Below, in pieces: positions 1-8,242 of a stretch of DNA of 64,000 bases. The stretch lies in the IMG/VR virus record IMGVR_UViG_3300046616_000384; one strand, 5' to 3'. A program made the position numbers and the translations under genes. The DNA comes from an uncultured virus (IMG/VR IMGVR_UViG_3300046616_000384). Taxonomy: Duplodnaviria; Heunggongvirae; Uroviricota; Caudoviricetes. Below the pieces are notes generated by a model. The model was not told the DNA's origin, made no database searches, and saw nothing but the letters and a program-made list of their open reading frames with translations. How positions within the stretch are numbered: position 1 is the first letter of the stretch; each line of letters begins with the position of its first letter.

Positions 1-188
1 AGCGCCCGCGGTTGCGTACGAGATCAAAAGCTCGCGAAACAACCGATTATGGTTGACTAATCAAATAACTCCTGAAGTAACTATTTGCAGGAACTTACGG
101 GCATATAACTGCCCATTTATATGACGGTATGGCAATGTAAGGGTCCCCCGATCCGGGATTCCCTCAACGGTACCCATCATAGGCACAC

Positions 189-222
189 GAAAAACCGCGG
201 CCCGGGGATTTCCGGACCGCGG
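189..222 (-). terminator. Intrinsic terminator of the left-arm leftward operon
   Basis: Minus strand reads CCGCGGTCCGG-AAATCC-CCGGGCCGCGG followed by TTTTT, just after the 240..545 stop. Confidence 0.7.
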
Positions 223-239
223 CGTGTCGGCGTGTCGTG

Positions 240-545
240 TCAGTAGTCCCCGCGGAGGGCCCGGAGCTTGATCTCCTCCAGCTTCCCGGCGTGGGCCGGG
301 TCGTTGTACAGCTCCCACAGCTCGTGGCTCGCCTGGGCGGCCAGCCAGAAGCCGGCGGTGTTCCCGAAGGCGGCGGCCAGCTCCGTGGCCGCCTCGACGG
401 TGATCGACTTGCGGCCGTTGACGATCAGGTTGATGTGCTGGACGTTCCGGTCCAGGAACCGGGCAAGCATCGACTGGCTCCAGCTCCGCTGCTCCAGCTG
501 CTCGCGCAGGATCTGGCCGATGGTGGGCGGGGGTTCGGCGTTCAT
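240..545 (-). CDS. higA: HigA-family antitoxin-like XRE HTH protein
   Basis: IGQILREQL..SQSMLA..INLIVNGRKSITVEAATELAAAFGNTAGFWLAAQ..ELW fits the HigA antidote pattern; RBS AAGGA. Confidence 0.75.
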   Translation of the reverse strand: MNAEPPPTIGQILREQLEQRSWSQSMLARFLDRNVQHINLIVNGRKSITVEAATELAAAFGNTAGFWLAAQASHELWELYNDPAHAGKLEEIKLRALRGDY

Positions 546-790
546 TGGGATTCCTTACTGAGGTCGATTACGGGGGGGAGGATGATGACGGGGAACCAGG
601 ACGCCGGGAGCGGGTGCCCGATGTAGAACGGCTCCAGCGTGCCGGGCTGGATCCAGTACCGGCCGCGCTTGAGCGAGTCCAGTTCCATGATCTTGTTGTC
701 ATTGGTGGCCATGCGGGTGCCCAGGGGCCGGTGGAGGCTGTCCAGGGACTCCTCGTCCACCGCCACGGCGACAACGAGGGTGAGGCTCAT
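542..790 (-). CDS. hypothetical protein
   Basis: MSLTLVVAV...; 4-bp overlaps with both neighbours; GGAGG RBS. Confidence 0.6.
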   Translation of the reverse strand: MSLTLVVAVAVDEESLDSLHRPLGTRMATNDNKIMELDSLKRGRYWIQPGTLEPFYIGHPLPASWFPVIILPPVIDLSKESQ

Positions 791-1185
791 CGGGGGTCCT
801 CCGTCGTCTGTTCCTGGCGGCTCATGACCAGGACGCGGAAGCTCAGCTCGGCCAGCAGCTCCTCGGTGGTCAGCTCGCTGGCTTTGGCCAGCGGGACGGG
901 AATGTCCTTGGGCTTGGGACGCAGGTCGTACTCGTGGACGGAGCCGAACTCGATCCGGGACCGCCTGTTCCACATCTCCAGCAGGCTTCCCTCGTACCAG
1001 CCGAAGCCGCGTTCGATGCCGGCCAGGGTGGTCTTGTTCGGCAGTCGCTTGCCGTGCTCGACGTTCTGCAGGGTACGGTAGTTGATGCCGATCTTCTCGG
1101 CGGCCATCACCCGGTTCCATCCCTTGGCCTCGCGGGCCTCGACCACCAGCAATCCGATGGTCATATGTGCTTCTTCATCTGTCAT
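787..1185 (-). CDS. XRE-family HTH transcriptional regulator
   Basis: AREAKGWNRVMAAEKIGINYRTLQNVEHGK HTH; -10 TAGGAT 7 nt before ATG (probably leaderless). Confidence 0.75.
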   Translation of the reverse strand: MTDEEAHMTIGLLVVEAREAKGWNRVMAAEKIGINYRTLQNVEHGKRLPNKTTLAGIERGFGWYEGSLLEMWNRRSRIEFGSVHEYDLRPKPKDIPVPLAKASELTTEELLAELSFRVLVMSRQEQTTEDPR

Positions 1186-1272
1186 GGTTCACATCCTAGC
1201 CGTACGGTAAGGACGTAGGAAATCATGCCGAAACCGGAACCGGGACCCCCGTAAATACGGGCCTGCAGACGG

Positions 1273-1288
1273 TGTGACCAAGATCACA
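1273..1288. promoter_or_regulatory. Perfect CRP/GlxR-type site TGTGA-N6-TCACA
   Basis: TGTGA ccaaga TCACA inside a GGTGTGA..TCACACC inverted repeat, intergenic. Confidence 0.55.
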
Positions 1289-1397
1289 CCCGAATCTATG
1301 TAAGTCCTTTCCCGACTTACCGTCTTTTACCGGTGTGGGGCGGTTTGGCAACCGCCCGAAGCGAAGGCCTCAAGCCGTAGCTTCGTACCGATACCGG

Positions 1398-1558
1398 CCG
1401 TTACCTCCGCTTCGCTCCGGTAACGGGTGACAGTGGAACCGGAAAAGCGGGCCCTTGAGAGGCCCGCTTGTTTACCAAACCGGTAGTCCAGGAATCGGTA
1501 CGACCGTACCGGTCCGTAACCTCCGCTCCGGGACTGCGTCCCTCCGCTCCGGTTACGG
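1398..1558. repeat. Two related hairpins (CCGTTACC..GGTAACGG; CCGTAACC..GGTTACGG) with TCCGCT(T/C)CG loop motifs
   Basis: Inverted repeats 1398-1426 and 1514-1558; GCGAAGC on minus strand. Confidence 0.65.
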
Positions 1559-1611
1559 GTGGCATCAGGAATTCCGGCCGTCCAGGAAAGAAGGCTCCGC
1601 GAGCCTTCCGG

Positions 1612-1764
1612 CTATGGCTCCGCTTTCTTTAGAGTGCGGTTTTCCACTGCGTCGTCCAGGATCCGCTCCAGCATCCGCCGGCCCATGGGAGTGATGTCGT
1701 CCGGGGAGATCAGGATCAGGGCCGCGCGGATACGCGCGACCAGGGCCAGGTATTCGGTGGTCAT
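1612..1764 (-). CDS. small hypothetical protein (MTTEYLALVARIR...)
   Basis: 50 aa ORF with 4-bp overlap to the upstream gene. Confidence 0.5.
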   Translation of the reverse strand: MTTEYLALVARIRAALILISPDDITPMGRRMLERILDDAVENRTLKKAEP

Positions 1765-1973
1765 GGTTTCCGTCCGTTGTGGATGTAGTGCTTGGCAACC
1801 GGCCTGATCGGCATCGACATGATGACCGCCAGCTCCCGCTGGCTGCGCCAGTCCTCACTGGCGCCCATCAGGTAGATCTCCTTCGGCCGTCCAGGATAGA
1901 GCTTCAACAGCGGGGCCATCTCGCGGGTGTATCCCTTCCGGATCCACTTCCGCTGTGCATTAGTTCGCTTCAT
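1761..1973 (-). CDS. hypothetical protein
   Basis: MKRTNAQRKW...; operon packing. Confidence 0.55.
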   Translation of the reverse strand: MKRTNAQRKWIRKGYTREMAPLLKLYPGRPKEIYLMGASEDWRSQRELAVIMSMPIRPVAKHYIHNGRKP

Positions 1974-2160
1974 AATTTTTCCCAAAATTTTCCGTTCTTC
2001 CGCCCCGGCGGCTCCCACCGCAACGCCCGGTCAACTCCCTCCTTCCGGGCCGCCGCGTTGTGCGCTTGGTTCCGACGCCCCGGGGCGGAATCCCTCTCCG
2101 CCGGTCTACCGGCGTGGCCGTGCTACTCCCACTGTGGACCCCCGGCCCGGCGGGGCAGCC

Positions 2161-2523
2161 TTACCGGGAGAGTATGTCAAACAGATCCTGCCACTGGGCC
2201 TGCTCGTCGCGTGCATCCCTCCGCCGGTCGGCGGTCCACCTCTGTCCGGGGTGGGGCTCAACCTGGGGCCTCCCCAGGTTGGGGTCGGCGAGGTCGCCCC
2301 GCAGCCTGGCAAAGATGGCGGCGGAATCCACCGGCGGTGTCACCGGCAGTGGGGGTGGCACATAACCGGGCGTCTCGTCCACCAGCAGTGCGCTGAAGAA
2401 GCCCTTGAGGAGATAGAAGCCAGCCCAGAGGAACAGCGAGAGCAGCGCGGCGGCCACTACTGCGGGGAAGATCAGGAAAATCATGAAACACCCTCCAAGC
2501 CCCCTCAAAGGATAATGTCTCAT
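2161..2523 (-). CDS. membrane protein
   Basis: N-terminal hydrophobic segment. Confidence 0.55.
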   Translation of the reverse strand: MRHYPLRGLGGCFMIFLIFPAVVAAALLSLFLWAGFYLLKGFFSALLVDETPGYVPPPLPVTPPVDSAAIFARLRGDLADPNLGRPQVEPHPGQRWTADRRRDARDEQAQWQDLFDILSR

Positions 2524-2558
2524 TTTCCCACGTCAGGGGCGTTGGTAACAAGGTGGGT

Positions 2559-3203
2559 CTAATCCCCCATCATCCGCTCGAACGCTTCCTTCTCCGCCTG
2601 CAGCTTGGCCCGCGCCTTCGTCTGGGCCTGGGCCCACCGGTGGCCCTTCAGGGACCGCGAAAACATGGTGAGGATGCAGAGGGTCATGGCGAAGTTGAAC
2701 GGGGCCCAGGCGTAGTTGTGGCCCACCAGCAGGGACTGGAAGAAGTTCACGACGCTGAAGGTCGCGATCAGGGTCCATAGAACCAGGGCCGTCTGGGCGA
2801 TCGCCGCGGACCGCGGATGCACCATGGTCTCGATGAGCATGGGTACGGAGTGTCGAACGAACATCCAGCCCTTCATCAGCCAGCCGAACCGGAACTTGCG
2901 GTGGACGCCGACCAGGGCCTCGTGCCCGGCCTCGGCCCCTTCCTCGGTGCTGTAGTAGACCTGGGCACCGTTCAGCGGCCCGCCGAAGATCTTCGTCTCG
3001 AAGATCAGCGGCTTCGCGTGCGGGTTCGCCGAGTAGCTGCGGTCGATTCCGACCCAGACGGTGGAGACCATGATCTGGTCGGCCCGCCGGCGCAGGATCT
3101 TGGTGGCCACGACCCGCTCGTCCGTGCGCTCGAATTGAAGCGCCCAGTCGTGCAGGGTGATGGGTTGACCTTTGCGGTCGTAGTACAGGGAGCGATCAGG
3201 CAT
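2559..3203 (-). CDS. phage hypothetical protein with C-terminal TM helices
   Basis: YYDRKGQPI..VSTVWVGID..PLIFETKIFGG..EAGH resembles a recurring actinophage family. Confidence 0.65.
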   Translation of the reverse strand: MPDRSLYYDRKGQPITLHDWALQFERTDERVVATKILRRRADQIMVSTVWVGIDRSYSANPHAKPLIFETKIFGGPLNGAQVYYSTEEGAEAGHEALVGVHRKFRFGWLMKGWMFVRHSVPMLIETMVHPRSAAIAQTALVLWTLIATFSVVNFFQSLLVGHNYAWAPFNFAMTLCILTMFSRSLKGHRWAQAQTKARAKLQAEKEAFERMMGD

Positions 3204-3474
3204 CGCGGTCCCCCCTCTTTTTGGTGCGGTGGGCGATTCCCAGGATCGCCAGCCGTAGCATGTAGACGTCCAGGGTCAGGACGCCGCAGTTCACATAGAA
3301 CATCGGGCCGTAGTCGCCCCAGATAACGCTCATGGTAAGGCTGCCTGCTGCCAGCAGGCCGGCGACACCCCACATGGCCAGCATTACCTTGGCCGACTTG
3401 TCGGTCCGCGGCGATCGGGTGACCTCCGCGATGCCTATGGCGTTCTCGGCAACGCGCCTGCCTAAAGCCTTCAT
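3196..3474 (-). CDS. membrane protein
   Basis: Two hydrophobic stretches; overlaps neighbours. Confidence 0.55.
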   Translation of the reverse strand: MKALGRRVAENAIGIAEVTRSPRTDKSAKVMLAMWGVAGLLAAGSLTMSVIWGDYGPMFYVNCGVLTLDVYMLRLAILGIAHRTKKRGDRDA

Positions 3475-3755
3475 CCGGCGATCGACTGCACGGGCGTGGT
3501 CGTGCGCACCGTGCGCACGCCGTCATTGCGGATGACCAGCAGGAACTGGGCCGGCTTGCCTATCTCCAGCGGCGCGAGGAATTCAAAGTCGATCCACTCG
3601 GCGTCCCGCCGGAGCTTGGCCGCCGCGAACACGCCGGTATCCCCCTCGATCTTCGGCAGCCGCCTCAGCCACATGCGCTCAATGTCCAGCTCGTAGGTTG
3701 AAGCTTCTGTCGTCACAATCATGCCCACATCGTAGCCGAAGGAATCCGTGCCCAT
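3471..3755 (-). CDS. hypothetical protein (start may be 3722)
   Basis: IVTTEASTYELD...RTTTPVQSI; coupled to the downstream gene. Confidence 0.55.
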   Translation of the reverse strand: MGTDSFGYDVGMIVTTEASTYELDIERMWLRRLPKIEGDTGVFAAAKLRRDAEWIDFEFLAPLEIGKPAQFLLVIRNDGVRTVRTTTPVQSIAG

Positions 3756-4695
3756 ACGTTACGTGTCGCTCTTTTCCGGCGTCGGAGGCTTTGAACTGGG
3801 GCTCCAGGCCGCCGGCGAGCAGCTGGGGCTGGACTTCGAGTGCGTGGGCTATTCCGAGATCAACAAATGGGCATTGAGGATCTATGACCAGCACTTCCAA
3901 CATCCCAAACTCCCCCGTGTCGAGGAGATCGAACCGGCCTCGCTGCCTGATTTTGAACTGCTCGTCGCTGGGTTCCCCTGTCAGTCCTTTTCTACAGCCG
4001 GAAACCGTCTGGGATTTAGCGACACACGGGGGACCCTGTTCTTCGACATCGCCCGGATTCTGCAAGACACACGACCCCGACATTTCATACTCGAAAACGT
4101 CGAGGGTTTACTCAGTCACGACGACGGACAAACTTTCGCGACAATCATTAGGATTCTCACCGGGCTGGGGTATGGCGCTGTCGAATGGCAAATTCTTGAC
4201 AGCCAGGATCACTCAGTTCCGCAATCCCGACGACGGGTCATCATTGTCGGCCATCTTGGAGGAATCCCCGAGCGACCGGTATTTCCACTCGGAGTCAACA
4301 TTGGCCGGAAGGTGGATGGGGACCCGAAGAGGTCCCGGTATCTCGACCGACTTTATTACCCAGGAGTAGAGGACACTCCGCCGGGCGAATGGTTCGCCGT
4401 TGTCCGGGACCGTGACGAGAACAAGAATCCCGTCTGGTCCACGCGGAATATCTGCTCGACCATTGACGCCAATTACGGCGCCGGGCCGGGCTTCCTGGGA
4501 AACCGGACCTCGGTCGCGCGCATTGACAATGGCGTCCTGCGCGTCCGCCGGCTCACTCCCCTGGAGGTCGAGCGGTGCTCCGGCTTTCCGGACAACTGGA
4601 CCCAGGGGCTCAGTGATTCACAGCGGTACCAGCGCATTGGGAACGCTGTCGTGCCGCACGTCATCAGGGACGTCGCACTGGCCCTGTACCGATAG
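3748..4695 (+). CDS. DNA cytosine-5 methyltransferase
   Basis: Motif I FSGVGG, IV GFPCQ, VI ENVEGL, VIII QSRRRVII, IX RRLTPLEVER, X IGNAV. Confidence 0.95.
   Translation: MPIRYVSLFSGVGGFELGLQAAGEQLGLDFECVGYSEINKWALRIYDQHFQHPKLPRVEEIEPASLPDFELLVAGFPCQSFSTAGNRLGFSDTRGTLFFDIARILQDTRPRHFILENVEGLLSHDDGQTFATIIRILTGLGYGAVEWQILDSQDHSVPQSRRRVIIVGHLGGIPERPVFPLGVNIGRKVDGDPKRSRYLDRLYYPGVEDTPPGEWFAVVRDRDENKNPVWSTRNICSTIDANYGAGPGFLGNRTSVARIDNGVLRVRRLTPLEVERCSGFPDNWTQGLSDSQRYQRIGNAVVPHVIRDVALALYR
3884..4369 (+). CDS. Nested +1-frame MTase-associated polypeptide (alternative start 4172)
   Basis: Open +1 frame containing SSLSAILEESPSDRYFHSE, resembling the L..IL......Y.L segment of C5-MTases. Confidence 0.45.
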   Translation: MTSTSNIPNSPVSRRSNRPRCLILNCSSLGSPVSPFLQPETVWDLATHGGPCSSTSPGFCKTHDPDISYSKTSRVYSVTTTDKLSRQSLGFSPGWGMALSNGKFLTARITQFRNPDDGSSLSAILEESPSDRYFHSESTLAGRWMGTRRGPGISTDFITQE

Positions 4696-4889
4696 ATCAA
4701 CCTGCCGGGCAATCGCTACCTTAACTGCCGTCTGGGGGTTACCGGCCACCTGTTGTAGCAGGAGGCCAAGCAATGGATACAAACATTCCTTGATTGGAGG
4801 CACCGTATCTGCCGCGCTGGCTTACGCGCACCGCCAGGGCGGGGAGGCTCCGGTCTCCCCGCCTGGGCTCAATCCTTGGAAGGGGAACC

Positions 4890-5120
4890 ATGCGTCTGTA
4901 TTCCGCAATCTGCACCTGGCTTGAAGCCGTCGCTTTCGAGAAGCTCGCCGCCGCCGGCAGCTCCGAGGAGCCCCGGCCCGAGGGCAACAACTTCGCCCAC
5001 GTCGAGCACGCCCACAGCTACACCACCATGCCCGAGCTGCACGAGGGATACCGGCCCGAGAGCATCGACTGGATTGACCGCGCGCGGATCGGCTTCCGCG
5101 CAAACTCACAAGACTCATAA
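4890..5120 (+). CDS. hypothetical protein
   Basis: MRLYSAICTW...; AAGGGG RBS. Confidence 0.55.
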   Translation: MRLYSAICTWLEAVAFEKLAAAGSSEEPRPEGNNFAHVEHAHSYTTMPELHEGYRPESIDWIDRARIGFRANSQDS

Positions 5121-5129
5121 GGACTCACT

Positions 5130-5474
5130 ATGGCCATTCAGACGGCAACCGAAAAGAACAGCCTCGCCACCAAGTACGGGACTGACGCCGCCTATGGTGC
5201 GGTCTACACCACGGCCCCCGGCGCGTCCGCCGGCACCGAGCCCTCCGGCGGTTCCCCCGCCTACGCGCGCAAGGCCCTCAGCTGGTCTGCAGCCTCCGGC
5301 GGCGTCATCACCGCGACGGCCACGTTCGACATCCCGACGGGCACAACCGTCGTCGGCATCGGCGTCCACACCGCGGTGACCGCAGGCACCTACCTCGACG
5401 GCGGGGCAATCACCTCCCAGGCCTTCTCCTCCCAGGGCACGCTCTCCGTCACGTTCACCTACACCCAGAGCTGA
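5130..5474 (+). CDS. minor tail/virion structural protein
   Basis: YTTAPGASAGTEPSGGSPAYAR..W pattern of small tail-fibre-associated proteins. Confidence 0.7.
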   Translation: MAIQTATEKNSLATKYGTDAAYGAVYTTAPGASAGTEPSGGSPAYARKALSWSAASGGVITATATFDIPTGTTVVGIGVHTAVTAGTYLDGGAITSQAFSSQGTLSVTFTYTQS

Positions 5475-5508
5475 TCCCCCCTCATAGCGTCATAGAAAGG
5501 GGTCAGCC

Positions 5509-6867
5509 ATGGCTGTAGCAACCTACGTCGCCGCCTCCACCCCGATCGCGGTCACGACCAGCGCGGCCATTGGCTACCCGGCGGGTCTCGCCGCCGGCGA
5601 CATCATCCTGCTGTTCGTGTCCTCGGACGCCAGCGGCATCGGCTCCGCCGTTACCGGATTCACCCAGGTGGGTTCCGTCGTAACCGGCACCGGCGCCAGT
5701 GTCGCCACGTTTACCCGCACCGCCACCGGTTCCGAGACGGGCACCGTCACGGTCACCGTCACCTCCGGCACCAAGGGTGTCGCGTTCATGAGCGCCTACC
5801 GGCCGACCTCCGGCACGCTGAACCGCCTCGGCTCCACCGGCGTGGTCGACAACGACTCCACCACCACGGCCATCGCCATGACGGGGGCCAGTCCCCTCGG
5901 CCTCGCCGTCGATGACGTCGTGGCCTTCTACGGCCTGGCGGCTGCCCCGTCCGGTTCGTACTCGGCCAACCCCGGCTCAAACGTCCTGGGGATGAGCGGG
6001 GCCACGCTCGGCACCCAGACCACCCGCACCAGCGGGCGGTCCGGCACCAATACCCTCTTCTACATCCACCGCGACGGCCCGGTCACCGCGGCGGGCACGG
6101 GCACACCCAGCTACACGGCAACAGCCGTCGGGGCCAACGCCTCGGGTGCCGGCATGTTCGTCGTCCTGCGGACCCTCGCACCGGCCGCCCTGGCAGGCGC
6201 CGGAACGCTGGCCTCCGCGCGCGTGGCCGGCTTCAGTTCGGACGTCCAGCTTTCGGGCTCCGGCACCCTGACCGCCACCGCAACGTCCGCCGCCTTCCGG
6301 GCGCTCACGCTCTCGGGCTCGGGCTCCCTGGAGGCCGCGGCGGCACCGGCCGTCCCGGCATCCCTGCCGCTGTCCGGGACCGGCGCCCTCGGCGCCGGAG
6401 CATCCCCGGGCATGTCGGCCGACCTCCCCCTGTCCGGCGGCGGCACGCTCGCTGCCGCCGGTATTCTTCCCGGCTACCCGGCCCAGATCCAGATGGCCGG
6501 TTCCGGCTCGCTGGCCGGAACGGTCACCGCGGCAGGCACCCGCGCCGTCCTGGCACTGTCCGGGTCCGGCACCCTGGCCACGGCCGCCGTGCCCGCCCTG
6601 GCCTCGGCCGTCGACCTTGCCGGCAGCGGGACGCTGCAGGCCTCCACCATCCCCGGGATGACCGCGGCCGGAGTTCTCTCCGGCGACGGCGTGCTGACGG
6701 CCAAGGGCACCGTCCTGGTCTCCATGGTCCTGTCGGGCGACGGCGACCTGGCCTGGCAGGTGCTCCCCCCGAAGGACATCACGATCTCCGCAGCCCTGGC
6801 CCCGCCACGCTGGAGCGGGGCTCTCGAAGCCCCCCGCTGGCAGGCCAACCTTGAAGGACCGCCGTGA
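5509..6867 (+). CDS. minor tail/fibre protein with LSGSGTL repeats
   Basis: Ala/Gly/Thr-rich; many L[SA]G[SDGT]G[TS]L repeats; N-terminus paralogous to 28494..29780. Confidence 0.7.
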   Translation: MAVATYVAASTPIAVTTSAAIGYPAGLAAGDIILLFVSSDASGIGSAVTGFTQVGSVVTGTGASVATFTRTATGSETGTVTVTVTSGTKGVAFMSAYRPTSGTLNRLGSTGVVDNDSTTTAIAMTGASPLGLAVDDVVAFYGLAAAPSGSYSANPGSNVLGMSGATLGTQTTRTSGRSGTNTLFYIHRDGPVTAAGTGTPSYTATAVGANASGAGMFVVLRTLAPAALAGAGTLASARVAGFSSDVQLSGSGTLTATATSAAFRALTLSGSGSLEAAAAPAVPASLPLSGTGALGAGASPGMSADLPLSGGGTLAAAGILPGYPAQIQMAGSGSLAGTVTAAGTRAVLALSGSGTLATAAVPALASAVDLAGSGTLQASTIPGMTAAGVLSGDGVLTAKGTVLVSMVLSGDGDLAWQVLPPKDITISAALAPPRWSGALEAPRWQANLEGPP

Positions 6868-7145
6868 CTAACACCTACCTTTCCACCTCCAAAGAGTTCC
6901 AGGCCCTGACCGTCACCAAGACGGTCGACGGGGTCAGCACCCCGGTGACCGCCGGCGTCCAGTACGTCGCGGTGCGCAAGGGCCAGCCCCTCGACGCCGG
7001 GACCCTGCGGCCGGTCCTTACGCTCGGCGGCAGGATCGGCTTCTACACCGACACCCTCACCGCGGGCTGGTGGGAGATCGCCGTCAAGGTGATCGACGCC
7101 CCCGAGGAACCCCTCGTCCCCTGCGGGCTCATCCACATCAAGTGA
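6864..7145 (+). CDS. small virion protein (Ig/BppU-like, putative)
   Basis: LTAGWWEIAVKVIDAPEEP..G.I.I pattern; coupled to the upstream gene. Confidence 0.55.
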   Translation: MTNTYLSTSKEFQALTVTKTVDGVSTPVTAGVQYVAVRKGQPLDAGTLRPVLTLGGRIGFYTDTLTAGWWEIAVKVIDAPEEPLVPCGLIHIK

Positions 7146-7194
7146 AACTCACAAGATTCACAAGATTCACCTACATTCACCCCGAAGGGCCCCG

Positions 7195-7446
7195 TTGAAA
7201 GTCACCGTCTGGACCAAGTCCGAATGCAGCCAGTGCACCATGACCAAGAAGTTCCTGGACCGCAAGGGTATCGACTTTGAAGAGGCGGACCTGGAGACCA
7301 GCACGCCGGAGCAGCTGCAGAAGTTCAAGGACGACGGCCTGATGCAGGCCCCCATCGTCGTGCTGGGCAACAACGGCCGCACGTGGGCCGGCTTCCGGCC
7401 TGACCTGATCGAGGAGCTGGCCAGCATTGTCCGGGTGGCGGAGTGA
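7195..7446 (+). CDS. nrdH: NrdH-like glutaredoxin
   Basis: VWTKSECSQCTMTKK..QAPIV..WAGFRPDLI. Confidence 0.9.
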   Translation: MKVTVWTKSECSQCTMTKKFLDRKGIDFEEADLETSTPEQLQKFKDDGLMQAPIVVLGNNGRTWAGFRPDLIEELASIVRVAE

Positions 7447-7789
7447 CCGCCGGTCCGCCTGGAGCGGGTCCACGCGCAAAGCTCGACTGCCCGCTGACTG
7501 GGACCGCCTGCGGGCGGTTGTGCTGCGTCGGTGCGGACATCGTTGCGAATGGATCGAGAACGGATTCCGCTGCCTCGCCGCTGCTACCGACGTCGACCAC
7601 ATCCTGCGGGGAGACCTGCACGAGCTGTCCAACCTCCAGGGGCTGTGCTCCAAGCACCACTTAGCGAAGACCAGCAGCGAGGCCAATGCCGTGCAGGCGG
7701 AGCGCAGGAAGCTCCTCCGCCTCCCCGAGGAGAAACAGCCCGGGGTCATTGACGGCCCTCCCCAACCACCCACACACCGAGGTTTCTAA
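7427..7789 (+). CDS. HNH endonuclease (packaging-associated)
   Basis: RCEW..C..ATDVDHI..NLQGLCSKHH..KT; directly upstream of terS. Confidence 0.85.
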   Translation: MSGWRSDRRSAWSGSTRKARLPADWDRLRAVVLRRCGHRCEWIENGFRCLAAATDVDHILRGDLHELSNLQGLCSKHHLAKTSSEANAVQAERRKLLRLPEEKQPGVIDGPPQPPTHRGF

Positions 7790-8215
7790 ATGCCTGGACC
7801 CATTCCCAAGCGCAGCGATGAACGGACGAGACGCAACAAGCCTGAGAACGAAGGCGGCGTCTCCCTGAGCAAGGGCGAGCGTGTCCCGTACCGGGTGCCG
7901 CCCGTCGACAGCGCCTGGCATCCCCGGGCCAAGCAGTGGTACCGCTCACTATCCCGCTCCGGGATGCGCGAGTACTACGAACTCTCCGACTACGAAATGG
8001 CCAGAGTCCTCTGTGACGCCCTGACCGAGTATTACAAACGCCCCTCCGCGATGATGCTGGCCACCATCCTGCAGGGCATGACCTCCCTCGGAGTCACCGA
8101 GGGTGAACGCCGGCGCATGCGGATCGAGCTTGAGTCCCCCAAGGAACTTGAGACCTCCGCTTCCGTAACGGCCATTGACACATACCGCGAGCAGCTGGGG
8201 GTCCAGGAGGCCTGA
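7790..8215 (+). CDS. terS: terminase small subunit
   Basis: MPGPIPKRSDERTRRN..WHPRAKQWY..LGVTEGERRRMRIE; position. Confidence 0.85.
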   Translation: MPGPIPKRSDERTRRNKPENEGGVSLSKGERVPYRVPPVDSAWHPRAKQWYRSLSRSGMREYYELSDYEMARVLCDALTEYYKRPSAMMLATILQGMTSLGVTEGERRRMRIELESPKELETSASVTAIDTYREQLGVQEA

Positions 8216-8242
8216 CCCTGCCCGCTGAAAGGGTGGGCCCAG

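Noticed and set aside
5509..6180. Paralogous tail domains as DGR template/variable repeats
   Set aside because: Differences are not adenine-specific, both copies are coding, and no reverse transcriptase is present
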